From Paecilomyces variotii (taxonomy: Eukaryota), in assembly GCA_004022145.1 (NCBI GenBank), contig RCNU01000001.1: a DNA stretch of 64,000 nucleotides; one strand, written 5' to 3'. Below are positions 14,653 to 26,069 of this stretch, in pieces. The notes under the pieces were generated by a model. The model saw only the letters and a list, made by a program, of their open reading frames with translations, was not told where the DNA came from and ran no database searches. The position numbers and the translations under genes were made by a program. Positions within the stretch are counted from its first letter, which is position 1; each line of letters opens with the position of its first letter.

Positions 14653-16313
14653 ATGTCTCCGCAGACTAAAGGGCCTGATGTCCATTTCACAGTTTTTATT
14701 CGTCTGCCTTTTCCCAGAGGCGACTTTGTCGATCCTCTACCTGTAGGTTGGCCTTCTATCTGGTATGCACAGCAGGTGGGTGAAGAGACTAATGTATCCT
14801 GTATTCAGGTGGAATGGAATGCTACCAAGGATCGTGCTCTTTGGGAGATCCTTTCTCGGCCATCGAAGGGAGATGATATAGATTGTAAACAGCCCTCGTT
14901 CTCTTTATATTGTTTTTGCGTGATGGCGTGGCTAACTGGTTTTTATAGGGAAAGCACTGTATTAACTGCCCTTTTGAGTTTTAGGGTTGAAGATGTGGAT
15001 GTGAACTGTTTCTAATGATCTCTATAGCGCAGAGAGTTTTGATGTCACTCTTCCTTTCCTTCTCCAGCAGGCCGCATGGCTGTATGATCGGCAGCTGTCT
15101 CAGGTTCGGGCGCAGATGAGACGAGTGGGTACTACACATTCGACTTCATCTTCCCCTGCCCCAGGATCGGTGTCTGAAAGTACTGCATTGGGAGGACAAG
15201 GGATGAAACGTATTGGTAGTGGTGGTCAGTTGTCCTATGTAGGGAGTGTTCTTGTTTCTATACTAACTGCTTAAAAAGGATCGCGAGTGCCGTCCAGATT
15301 GGCGGTCCAGACGAAAGATATCAGTATCCCACGAGCTGAGAGTAGCCCAGTTACGGCAACTCGGAATAGGAGTGGGTTCTATCCTACATGTTCTTGATAA
15401 TTATCCTTGCTGACAGGTTTGCAGTTTCCGTTCTTCCTCGGACAAGCTCAGCGACCACTGTGACGCAGGTCAAGTCGGCTAGGGAGCCGTCTCCGCGAGA
15501 TGCTCTATCAGCTGCAGCCAGGACACAAAGGCCGGGATCTGGAGGCAGAGGGCCGTCCAACACCAGACGAGAACAAGGGACAGGAGCTCCGCCACGAGAG
15601 TCGCCTGTTCCCGAGGAAGATAGCTTGACATCGTCCTCGGAAGAAGAATCAGACTCCGATGACGAGACCTCAAGTAGGAGAGCTCCTGGATTTAAACGAT
15701 TTGGTAAATTTTCGATCCACAGGGCCGGTCTGAGAGACGACGAGGAAGACGACGAGGATGATTCCCCCGCTTTCCTGCCTCTTCCGCGTGGGAGTGAGCC
15801 GGGATCTCGAGAAGCACAGAGGAGTGATCTCAATGCAACTCTGCGCCTAGAGCAACATCAACATCCTGGAGCACAGCGGAGAGAGACGACAGAACATGTA
15901 CCACTGTCGAAGCAAACCACTATGATGTCGTCCGCTAGCTCTGCTAGCTCGGGTGTTGCGGTTGGTATGCCGCAGGAGGGCCGCCGGCGATCAAGTTATG
16001 CTCTAGGAGCACTAAGTCCTCAGCGTGCTGCGCATCTCAGTCCTCGTCGCCGGGCCGCAGCGGCCAATGAAGCCAGTGATACACCTAGCATGGGAAGCAG
16101 TTTCAGCGATTTGGACGGTAAGTGGTTACCTATATTCTTGAACGATACTCTCTGTTTCTGCAGAGTATATGGATGCTGACTACTACGTTTGACATAGATG
16201 CGAGTGTCACACAGTCAGCTTTAGAGGAAGCTCTTCTAAGCAACATGCAGCACGGTGGCATGGCCAGCCGGATGAGCACCATCAGCCAAGCCTTACGAAG
16301 TCGCTACCTCTAG
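14653..16313 (+). CDS. ATG29: Autophagy-related protein 29
   Basis: Spliced N-terminus FTVFIRLPFPRGDFVDPLP|VEWNATKDRALWEIL...IDW KAL AESFDVTLPFLLQQAAWLY; C-terminal SMGSSFSDLD|DASVTQSALEEALLSNMQHG...SQALRSRYL. Confidence 0.92.
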
Positions 16314-17196
16314 ACAAGGAGGCTGTTTGTATGGCAGCTCTTGAGAGCGACAATCTATTCTTACTTTATTTTTTTCTGGTATATCATGATAGTTAATTAG
16401 TAGATAATAATGCAGAATACACCTCTCCCAATACACCGAGTTTTTGAACATGTAGAACTAGGTACCTAGTCTTCTGTTCGCGTTCGGCTCAAAGGATGTA
16501 CAGCCTGAGGCCACAAGCCGGAGATTCACACGTGACTGATCCCGCGGCAAACGCCGGCTGACGTCAAGAATCGCGCGATTCCCGAAGCGGCGACCGAGCA
16601 GAATGACCGAAAAGAGCAAAACACCCTCGGCTCTTGCAAATTGTCCCGCCGACTGATTACTCCGGTTGCTTCAATGTGTCTTGACTCCCGATCCTGATCT
16701 ATAATCGATTACTTCGTGCTACCCTCATTGGTATTGCTCTACTTCAAACGGTTATACCCTCCCCAAGGTCATCATCCAGCAAAATGATCGGGATAGTCTC
16801 AGCCATCCGTATCTAGGTGCCCCTCCACAACTCTATATCACTAGCGTATCCGAACGGGATCGTTTGATATATTTTCGGATACTGTCTTCATAGAATTTGT
16901 GGCATCCTGGGGAATATCCAGTGGGAGCTTTATCGGCTTATCGGGTTCTTCATATTTCAAATATCTGCGGGTTAGGATCAATCGCCGATCCTGGACGGAG
17001 AATTATTGGGGACAGATCTTCCAGGCATCAACATTTCTTTTCTCTCTCTGCCATCTGCGTTCCTGGGTTGCAAGGCATCCACAGTTTACCGGCATCTGTC
17101 CTGCATTTCAGAGTGCGGTTCCTGAACTCAATTGATCGAGATCGTTACCTTGGTTGTTGAGTCAAATATCGCCGATACATCTACTTTTACCCCACA

Positions 17197-18489
17197 ATGA
17201 CCTCCAATCCTCAGCAGGTGGAGGAAAAGTCTCCCGCTGAGATGGAGTCGGCCTACTTCAGCAAGTATCCGCCACCCAAGTCTCTCCAGAAGCACGAAGC
17301 TCTTGCGCGAGCTTTCATTGAGTATCATGTCGAATCGAATCGACGAGTGGTGCTTGTGACCTCTGGTGGAACGACAGTTCCCTTGGAGACGCAAACGGTC
17401 CGCTTTATTGTAAGCTATTAATTGATCATGATGACTTGCAAGAAGATTTCTACAGCAACTTACAGATATGAGCAGGACAACTTCAGTGCCGGTACTCGAG
17501 GAGCAACCTCAGCAGAGTACTTCCTGGAAGCAGGCTACGCAGTGATCTTCTTTCACCGGCAGTTCAGTCTCCTGCCATATTCGAGGCATTACAGTCACTC
17601 AACGAACTGTTTTCTCGATTTCATGGAAGAGGCGACGCCTTCAACTACCAGTGGGGACAACAACAATGGTCCCATTGTCGTGCGCAGCGAGTATCAGGAT
17701 GAGATGCGCGATGTTCTGCGCAAGTATCGTTATGCGAAACAGAACAACCGCCTGCTTCTCCTGCCTTTCACCACTGTGACAGACTACCTGTTTGAGCTGC
17801 GTTCTCTGGCAATACTGATGCGGCCACTGGGCCCAAATGCCCTTTTCTATCTCGCTGCAGCCGTCAGCGATTTCTTCATCCCGCGCGACCGGATGGCAGA
17901 ACACAAGATTCAATCATCTGAGGTGCCCGTTATTTCTGAAGATCAGATCTACACCGGCGAGAACGAGTCCCAGCCATCCAGGAACGGAAAGAAGCTCGTC
18001 ATTGATCTTGACCCGGTCCCGAAGTTCCTCCACCGCCTTGTCGACGGCTGGGCACCTGATGGAAGCATGATCGTCTCATTTAAGCTGGAGACAGACCCGA
18101 GTCTGCTCGTGAACAAAGCACGAACTGCGCTGCAGCGATACTCGCACCACCTTGTTATCGGTAACCTTCTCTCCACCAGGAAGTGGGAAGTGGTCTTCGT
18201 CACTCCTGACGAACCTCGAGAACGATGGATTCGCGTTCCGAAGTCGAAGAGGAGTAAGAGTATCTCTGGTGTTGAGAACCAGGTCGGATTGGCAGAGGGA
18301 AAGGAACCCAATGCAGCTACGGAAGAGCCACCGGTGCAAACTGAGGGGACGGGAGCGGATGCGGATCAGAGAGAAGGGGGAACAGCCCCTGGTGACCACC
18401 AGATGGAAATCGAGAGCCTGATCATCCCTGAATTGGTCAGGATGCACTCTGAAATGATAAAGAAGAAGGCTAAGTCCGGAACAGCATAG
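17197..18489 (+). CDS. CAB2: Phosphopantothenate-cysteine ligase (PPCS)
   Basis: VVLVTSGGTTVPLE..TVRFI|DNFSAGTRGATSAEYFL, YLAAAVSDFF, EHKIQS, VSFKLETD, VIGNLL. Intron 17410-17475. Confidence 0.95.
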
Positions 18490-19364
18490 GAACAGCAGGG
18501 CATGGATATTCGCGTGAGCTGATTTGAAATTGAGGATGTCGATATGATAATCCTCAATTGTGCTGATAGCGTGTACCTTCCCCGTCGTTCCTAATCGTCA
18601 ATTTCGTGTGACGTGTGTATTTTTGGGAAAAATATATATATTTTTAGCACATTGGTACTACATATATAGATACTTTCGGATATCTCAGTGATCGTTATAC
18701 CTCGTCATATTCCCAGGGTAGCTTTCCAAAACTTATCCAATAGATAGAAGGTGGAAATTGATTACATTTGACTAGTTAACTAGTTAATACTTCTTGATTC
18801 GCCAGTCAGAAGTTCTATGCGAAATCTTGATTGAACGATCGAATGCAAAGACGGATATACTCCCCAGATAGACTCGAACAAGGATATGTATCCCTCAGGG
18901 ACTTTCTACCGTGGGTATTTTCTGTATCGTTCTCAGGGGTGCTATTTAGGGTACAACTCGCCTCTTTTGAAGCCGCGAGCGCCGACAAATCGACTATAAT
19001 AATATCCGTCTGGTGCGGATAGAGGACAAAGATATATCAATTCGATCAAGATATTGTCCCTTCTTAGAGATTTTTACATTCATGCGCCTGCCTTCTGGAA
19101 TCTAGTAATAAATAAAAGCTTTCTCCCGAGAGCGGAAATGTTGGAAAATGTATATTTGATGTAGGCTTGATATCTGCTGAGCTTATTGAACATTCCCTTA
19201 GGTCAAAGATACAACAACTGAGGTCTCCGTAAGGAAAATTTCACAACACAGGCATCGCAAACACGAACTAATATCCACTCGGTAGGAAAAGGCCGGTAAA
19301 GACATCGGCCTTTCAATGACACAGTGAGCTTTCCTAGGATATAGAAACTGGATACTTCATGTCT

Positions 19365-20401
19365 TTAGAAATCATCCAGATTAAGACCTCCAACAGTATT
19401 GTTCAACGTGCCAAATAGGGATTTAAACGTGGACTGCGGACAGGAGTGCAGAGTGGGTTTGCGATAGGGATAATCCGAGCCTGGAGAATACCATTCTGGT
19501 GATTTGAAGGATCGCAACTTCCACACAAGTCCTTCGTAATTCAAATTGAGAAAAGGAGCCACTGGGACCGGTGAAAGTAGACCGTTTGACTGCATTTGCT
19601 TTGTGAGAGCTCCATACATGATTGAACTGCACTCAAAAGAACAGCTTTGACTGCCGCTGAGAAGGGCCTCGCGTTTCTCTTGAAGCAGTATGATAATATT
19701 GTTGATGGCTTGCTGTCTGTTGCTATCGATTTTTTCTAACATCGTTAGAGGATAGTCAATGTCAAGGGTGTGTTCATCCTACCGAGAACTTTGTGAGGGA
19801 TCGGAAGCCCGAGATTATCAATCAAACCATTTCCCTGCGATATTGCTATCGAGGAAACTTTTTGGAATTCATCAGGGAGCCTCATGTAATACGAAATCCA
19901 TAACCATAAGATCAAGTCTCGACAATAAGTCGCGGGAGGCACTTCCTTTAAGGACTCGATCCACGTATCTGCAAAGAATCCTATAGTTTCCTTGCATCCA
20001 TAATAGTCTGCTAGGACAGTGACTTTAGCAAACATTTCAAGAGTTAATTTTCGGGGTACGTGATGGGTTTGACAGTGCATAATTCTGAGCAAGATTAGAA
20101 GTGCTTCAATGTCCCAACCCTCGGTGGTAATTTCGACAGAGCCTTTCTGAAGATAAGTGACACTCTCTTTCCAACCCCCAGTGAGGATCTGTTTGAAAAC
20201 AGGAGAGGCGAGTACTAAATGCTTTGCGGACGCCTGGATACAGAAGCTCTTTTCTTTCAGAGTTTCCTGACTCTTGTCCTGGACATCAAGCTTCAGCTTA
20301 GAAAAAGCTCCGTAGAACCAGTCTGCAAAAGGAAGATTGGCGTTTCGCAGTATTAAGATCACTTCGCCCTCTGGATCGATAACGTGTGTTGGCTGATCCA
20401 T
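19365..20401 (-). CDS. Fungal BTB/POZ-domain protein
   Basis: IDPEGEVILIL, ASAKHLVLASPVF...GWKE, ALLILLRIMH, VLADYYGC; second exon with CSFECSSIMYGAL. One intron at about 19736-19785. Confidence 0.85.
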
Positions 20402-21462
20402 AGTTGTAGTGCTGTTCAACTCTTGACGCTACCTGAGTTAGCAATGAAGAAGAGGAAGGAAGAAGGCACCACAAAGATAATCGGGAAAGAAAAAGGGTTG
20501 GATATGTGTAAGTGCAGAACCTAAGGGCCTGCCTAGTTAGGTACCTACATGCCCGCAAGCTCATCGTGGTTCCAAAAAGCTCGGCGTAGTAGTAGTATTA
20601 GTAGTAGTAGAATTTGACCATCATAGAATTTGACCATCAAAGAATTTAATTCCTCATCTGTCAGTCCTACTTATTGGCCGAGTGGCGGCAGGTCAAAAAA
20701 GCTCGGCGTCGTTCGAAATAAGTACCTACTGCCGTTTTTTCCCGCCTTTCAAAAGCCCCGCTTGAACCATGCTCGGATTTACAATCTAACCCGGGTATCA
20801 GCTCGGCGAGCTATATGCCCATCTAACCTTCCAATGTGAAATGCTCAAACCATATTGACCTATTTGATTTAGCGTTTTGTATAACAGGTTAATAGGCATA
20901 TGCTGGAGTTATAGGGAAGCAGCAGCGGAACTCAGCAGGTTTGCAGCTCGCTCCAACAGAAGCCGCGGGATCTGACAGATTGGCAATGCCTGAATACCTG
21001 GTCATGAATGCATTTTGCCCTCATTCTGTTGGCGTACAAAGCGAACGCCAGGTGATCTATCAATCATCTATTTGCGGCAGGTTCTTTGAGTCCTACATAT
21101 TGGATAGAACCTACTGGGTTGCCAGTTCTTTGTATGCCAAATATAAACGCGGGTTCAAATCCCCCTGTAACTAGAATCAAGCAAGTAATTCAAGGGGATC
21201 CAAATCAGACTATGCTTCCATGCCATTCTATTAGGTATTCAACACACTTCGAGCCCTGGTATCGTTTATGATACTCGTTTACTATGCTAGTGTTCACTTC
21301 AGACATTCCGGCTGTTCTTCCCATTCCTTTACCTATCAACGGATGTTGCCAACGGACTTTATGACCCTGTCTTCTATTTCATGATTTATCCACTGGAAGA
21401 AGTGAACAGTAGCAGAGTACTATAGAGTAGGCAAATACCGACTCAACCCGGCCTAGATAGGA

Positions 21463-21506
21463 CGGAGATAATCGGCGGAGATAACGGCGGAAATCATCGG
21501 CGGAAC
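21463..21506. promoter_or_regulatory. Tandem CGG-rich array, candidate Zn2Cys6 binding sites
   Basis: CGGAGATAAT-CGGCGGAGATAA-CGGCGGAAATCAT-CGGCGGAAC about 400 nt upstream of the AKR start. Confidence 0.45.
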
Positions 21507-21907
21507 TAAATAGTTCAAGTGACCGGCAAGGCGTTGAAACGGAGAAATGCAACTTTACTGGACGATTTGGCCTTTGTTATTAACAGTAATTACTGAATTA
21601 CAAACATGGACACTGATCCTGTCAATCGTTGTCTTTTCAAGGCGGCACTTGTCCTGGAGAGCATGTAGTAGGGCCCCTTTAAGGAACCACGTCTCGTGGA
21701 CAGTCTGGATGATGGACGAATAATTAATACCAATTTCTCGTCCGCCGGAAAGTCCGACTTGTGGATGATTGACTGATAAGATTCTGTAGATATAAATGCA
21801 GCATATTGACCTGGTTATTGCTGAAGCATCAAATCCATCTTTCCTGATCTTCGAAAAAACAGACACTTCTCACTCAAGAAATCATTCTCACAAGAAACAA
21901 ATCAAAC

Positions 21908-23015
21908 ATGTCCTCGATCAAGAAATTGGATAGCCGTCCACTGGGAAAGAATGGACCTGAGCTTCCACGCCTCGGTCTAGGTCTCATGAGTGCTAGCGGT
22001 ATGTACGGTCCTTCGCCTCCAGATGATGAGCGTTTTGCTTTTCTGGACGAGGCGTACAAAAGGGGTGAAATCTTCTGGGATACTGGTAAGTTGACTTATC
22101 CGCTATCCTTCTTGATTAGGACAGATTAAATCAATATATGGACCATCGTACTGATATCTTCACTCTTCAGCCGACAAGTACGCTGACTCCGAGGACCTAC
22201 TCGGGAAATGGTTCGCTGCGAATCCTGGAAAGCGGGAGCATATTTTCCTTGCCACGAAGTTTGGCTTCAGGGGCCATACTCCAGAGGGAGGACTGCATAT
22301 CGATTCATCGCCGGAGTACTGCCGCCAAGCCATCGAAAAGTCTCTAGGCAGACTCCGTTTACCTTTCGTTGATTTATATTACGTCCACCGTCTGGATGAA
22401 GTTACACCAATCGAGAAGACGATGGAGGCAATGGTAGAACTGAAGAAGGCAGGAAAGATCAAGCATATAGGGCTTAGCGAGTGCAGTGCAGATTCCCTGC
22501 GTCGTGCGCATGCTGTCCACCCGGTCTCTTGCGTGCAGGTTGAATATAGCATATTCTGCACGGACATTGAGCGAAACGGATTGCTTCAGACCGCGCGCGA
22601 GCTTGGCGTTGCTATTGTCGCCTACAGTCCGTTGGGTAATGGCCTCCTCAGTGGTACGATCCGAAAGCGCGAGGATGTCACTAAGCCTGGAGATTTGCGC
22701 GGCATACTCCCCTGGCTCCGTGAGGAAAACGTGGAGAAGAACGTGGCGATAGTCGACAAGATCTCGGAAATTGCAAAGGCGAAGGGGATTACCACAGCAC
22801 AGTTGGCTCTTGCGTGGGTGCTCGCGCAGGGGGGTGACATTTTTGCGATTCCAGGGACGAAGAGAGTTGACCGCTTGGAAGAGAATCTAAGGAGTCTTTC
22901 GGTGCCCTTGTCACAGGCAGAGGAGAAGTCGATTCGCCAACTAGCGGGGTCTATTGTGGGCGGACGAGTTCAGGCCATGTTTGGCTTCGAATTCGCTGAC
23001 ACTCCGCCCCTGTAG
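21908..23015 (+). CDS. Aldo-keto reductase (YakC/AKR13-like)
   Basis: LGLGLM, FWDT|ADKY, IFLATKFG, DLYYVHR, GKIKHIGLSE, QVEYS, VAYSPLG, AQLALAW, IPGT. Intron 22086-22170. Confidence 0.92.
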
Positions 23016-23181
23016 TTGTTTATGATTAGAAAATGTGCAATATAGGGAAATCCCATATTATTTCTCGTTCTAGTGCACCTTCAATGCTAGATAGAATGAT
23101 AGATCTTGCGGAGGAGAGCAATGCTTGCCAAAATGCCGAACCCACTCATTATGTAGTCATCTATATTGGAGCCTAGCTCAA

Positions 23182-25449
23182 TCAATTTTCGATATTGAAG
23201 TAGTCTTCATTCACTTGATATCCCAATGGTGATATACCCAGACTAGTGTAGATGGCGGGATCTGAAATGTTTTGAAAGTCAGATGCTGGGAATGAGGATG
23301 ATGCCCGGGCATTGTCTAAATTTTCTGTCACATAGGCCAGTGACGGCTGCTCTGAGTGAAAGCTAGAGATAAAAGCTTCAGTATCAGCACCAGGAGCTGC
23401 AGCTAGGACATTAGCGTCCATATTTCGATTGAAGCCGGTGCTGTACGCGTTTGTTAGCCGGCGAGAAGTAACCGCCATGGGCACATAATCCGTCTCCCGG
23501 CTAAAATGAGAAGAATCGAACTGCTCCTTTCGCACAAGGCTCATCGTTCCAAAGTAAGGAAATGATAACTGGAAATAATCATTGTCCGTGTGATCGTCCT
23601 GCAGGATGGTATCTTGTCCACCACGTGCGATATAGCTTACCCCGTCCGCTGCATCAGCCTCGATATCCACGAGACGCTTCAACACTTGAATCGAAGGACC
23701 CTTGAATTGAAAGTCGGAATCAGGCGATAGCTTATCCATGAAATGAATCACATTGTGAATGACACCCAAATCCTGGGATCGCTGGTGCTCAAAGACATTT
23801 GCTTGCCCTAAACGGTGTCCATCGAGATGTGTCAAAAGAAGGGCCACTGAAGCTGTGTATGCCTTATCATCAAGGCCACGGAATGCTGTTTCACGGAGAA
23901 AATGTCGAGCTAGCATGAAACGAGAAAGTATCTCACGACTGGCGGAGAGGATGGCAAGTTTGCTGTATGTATAATCGATATAATGGCGACTAGACTCTGA
24001 CTCCTCCATCATCGAGATCCCAAGAAGGCTACGCAAAAGGTATGGCTGATGCGTTAAAACGAGAAGGTAATATTGATGCATTTGCGCAAGGAGCTTGCTG
24101 GTCACTTCCATTACTTCCGCATCTGTCACGCCAGGATTCAGAGCTGGGGTTACCCACCAGCTCACTGGCATAATTCGAGTGGCATGCTTCAACTCGTGAT
24201 CAATATCTTGTGTCTCTTTGTATTCCTCATTTGAACCATCCTTGGGGCTACCCCAATGAGTTTGGATGCGCAAGTTTCGTGAAATGATGCGTCCCGCGAT
24301 AAGGAAGTGCGTGCGCTCCAATTTTTCGAATGGTGGGTGGGCTGCCAGCAACTGCTTCATTGACCAAACGTCGTCATCAGTAGTAAGTGGAAGGCCAAGC
24401 ATCAGTGATAAAAAGCGCTCGCTGTATGTAAGGCGGAACCACATGAATTCCGCACGTCCAGCCTTCGACTGGGCCAGTTGAGGGAGGCGCATGAGCTGCG
24501 CAATTCCCAGAGCACGACGGAACACAAGCCACGCCAGGCGTAGTTCACCAACAGCGATATAGTAGCGTGCTTCTAGGATGAGGGTTTCCACGCCCTCTAC
24601 GGAGTTCACCAGCGAATCTTTAGAAGTGACATAGCTGGACGCAATCTCGATGTAGCGTCGCGCTGAATCACATGTGGACTCGTTAAATTGCAGTCCCAGC
24701 TGAGTGGACGTGATACTGTCTAGCTGATGCAGACAGATTGCTAGTTGTATAAACTTGCGGGCGAAGAAGACTGGATGCGATGTCAACGGTGGCAGCTGAG
24801 AAAGCTGGACCAACTCTTGCGTGTCCGTTGTACACAAGTTTCTTTGCTGCGAAGTCTCCTTGGGGACTTGGAAAGATAAACTAAATGATTTCCTGTGACC
24901 AAGGACGACCGAAATCCTATTCTCATGTGAAAGTATCGAGTGCAGGTAGCCGCTGAGCGACCGACATATAGATAGCGCATCCTGAGGGGCCGATGGCGAC
25001 GAATACAGCGGCAGTCTATTGTTCACACCACTCGAGAGCTGGAAATCGTTCCCAAGTGTGCCTGTTGTCAATATCCCTCCTGAGGTCTCCCCACGGACAG
25101 ATCTTTCCGATCCTGTCAGCTGCTGAGACAGACGATCTCGAGAAAGGCGGGCTGATCTTTGTCGAGTGAGCTGGCTCACTAAGCCCTCAACATGGACGAT
25201 GCGTTTTTCGACTTCTTCGAACCCATTATCGCCTGGTTCGGGAAATTCCTGGCTTATACATGGCAGGTCACGGCGCTGGCAGGAGAGACAGATAGAGCTG
25301 GCTTTCGGCCTGAACTCACAGCGCGTCTTGCGACGCTTGCATTCCCAGCAGCTAAAAGTGCCTTTGCGCAGCTTGGGTCGCTTGGAAATGCGATCTCCTT
25401 GGGTAGCACTATCAGCTTCTGGTATAGATAATTCATATGACGATGACAT
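23182..25449 (-). CDS. Zn(II)2Cys6 transcription factor
   Basis: RKGTFSCWECKRRKTRC...CLSCQRRDLPC binuclear cluster plus a helical fungal TF middle region. Intronless; first ATG at 25449. Confidence 0.92.
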   Translation of the reverse strand: MSSSYELSIPEADSATQGDRISKRPKLRKGTFSCWECKRRKTRCEFRPKASSICLSCQRRDLPCISQEFPEPGDNGFEEVEKRIVHVEGLVSQLTRQRSARLSRDRLSQQLTGSERSVRGETSGGILTTGTLGNDFQLSSGVNNRLPLYSSPSAPQDALSICRSLSGYLHSILSHENRISVVLGHRKSFSLSFQVPKETSQQRNLCTTDTQELVQLSQLPPLTSHPVFFARKFIQLAICLHQLDSITSTQLGLQFNESTCDSARRYIEIASSYVTSKDSLVNSVEGVETLILEARYYIAVGELRLAWLVFRRALGIAQLMRLPQLAQSKAGRAEFMWFRLTYSERFLSLMLGLPLTTDDDVWSMKQLLAAHPPFEKLERTHFLIAGRIISRNLRIQTHWGSPKDGSNEEYKETQDIDHELKHATRIMPVSWWVTPALNPGVTDAEVMEVTSKLLAQMHQYYLLVLTHQPYLLRSLLGISMMEESESSRHYIDYTYSKLAILSASREILSRFMLARHFLRETAFRGLDDKAYTASVALLLTHLDGHRLGQANVFEHQRSQDLGVIHNVIHFMDKLSPDSDFQFKGPSIQVLKRLVDIEADAADGVSYIARGGQDTILQDDHTDNDYFQLSFPYFGTMSLVRKEQFDSSHFSRETDYVPMAVTSRRLTNAYSTGFNRNMDANVLAAAPGADTEAFISSFHSEQPSLAYVTENLDNARASSSFPASDFQNISDPAIYTSLGISPLGYQVNEDYFNIEN

Positions 25450-26069
25450 TAGATGTATTTGAGTTCTCTTCAAATTGGTAACGTGGTTTTGGATGATCTT
25501 CGTTAGCAGACAATTGACGAACGGGACTCCCGCTTCGGGCGATCGGGAAAGTCGCCAGTTTGCGGCTGATTCCGTCTAGGCAAGCTATCGTCTCATGGAC
25601 CATAGCATTTTAATCTACGTTATTGGCAGGACAATGTAAGTCAAAAAAATGTACCTACAATCATGATGATCTTAGACGGCTGGCATTCGGGTCCCCGCAT
25701 CAATGCTAAAGGGAACAAAAGTCAAATGGTATGTAGTTTCCCTGGCAGATACAGATCCGGAATTGATGTAGCATTAATATATGGGTGTATGACGCATATC
25801 CTAGGCAAGGGGATGCAATTGCTATCGGCTATTGGAGTTCACGATCAAACGCTAAAGTTCGTATTGTTCCCCAGGAGCCTTAAGATGTAGTGATACAGTG
25901 AGTTTCGGCACATGGCTCTGGAAGTCCCCCAGAAATGCGGGGATTGCGGTGGAGAAGGGGAGAACGAAAATCCACCTCGTAGATCAAAGGGGAGGCATCC
26001 ACGTTCTTTCTTATCCCAAGAATATCTTCCTACAAAGGCGTCTGACAAGAAGGCAATGCACAGCAAACA

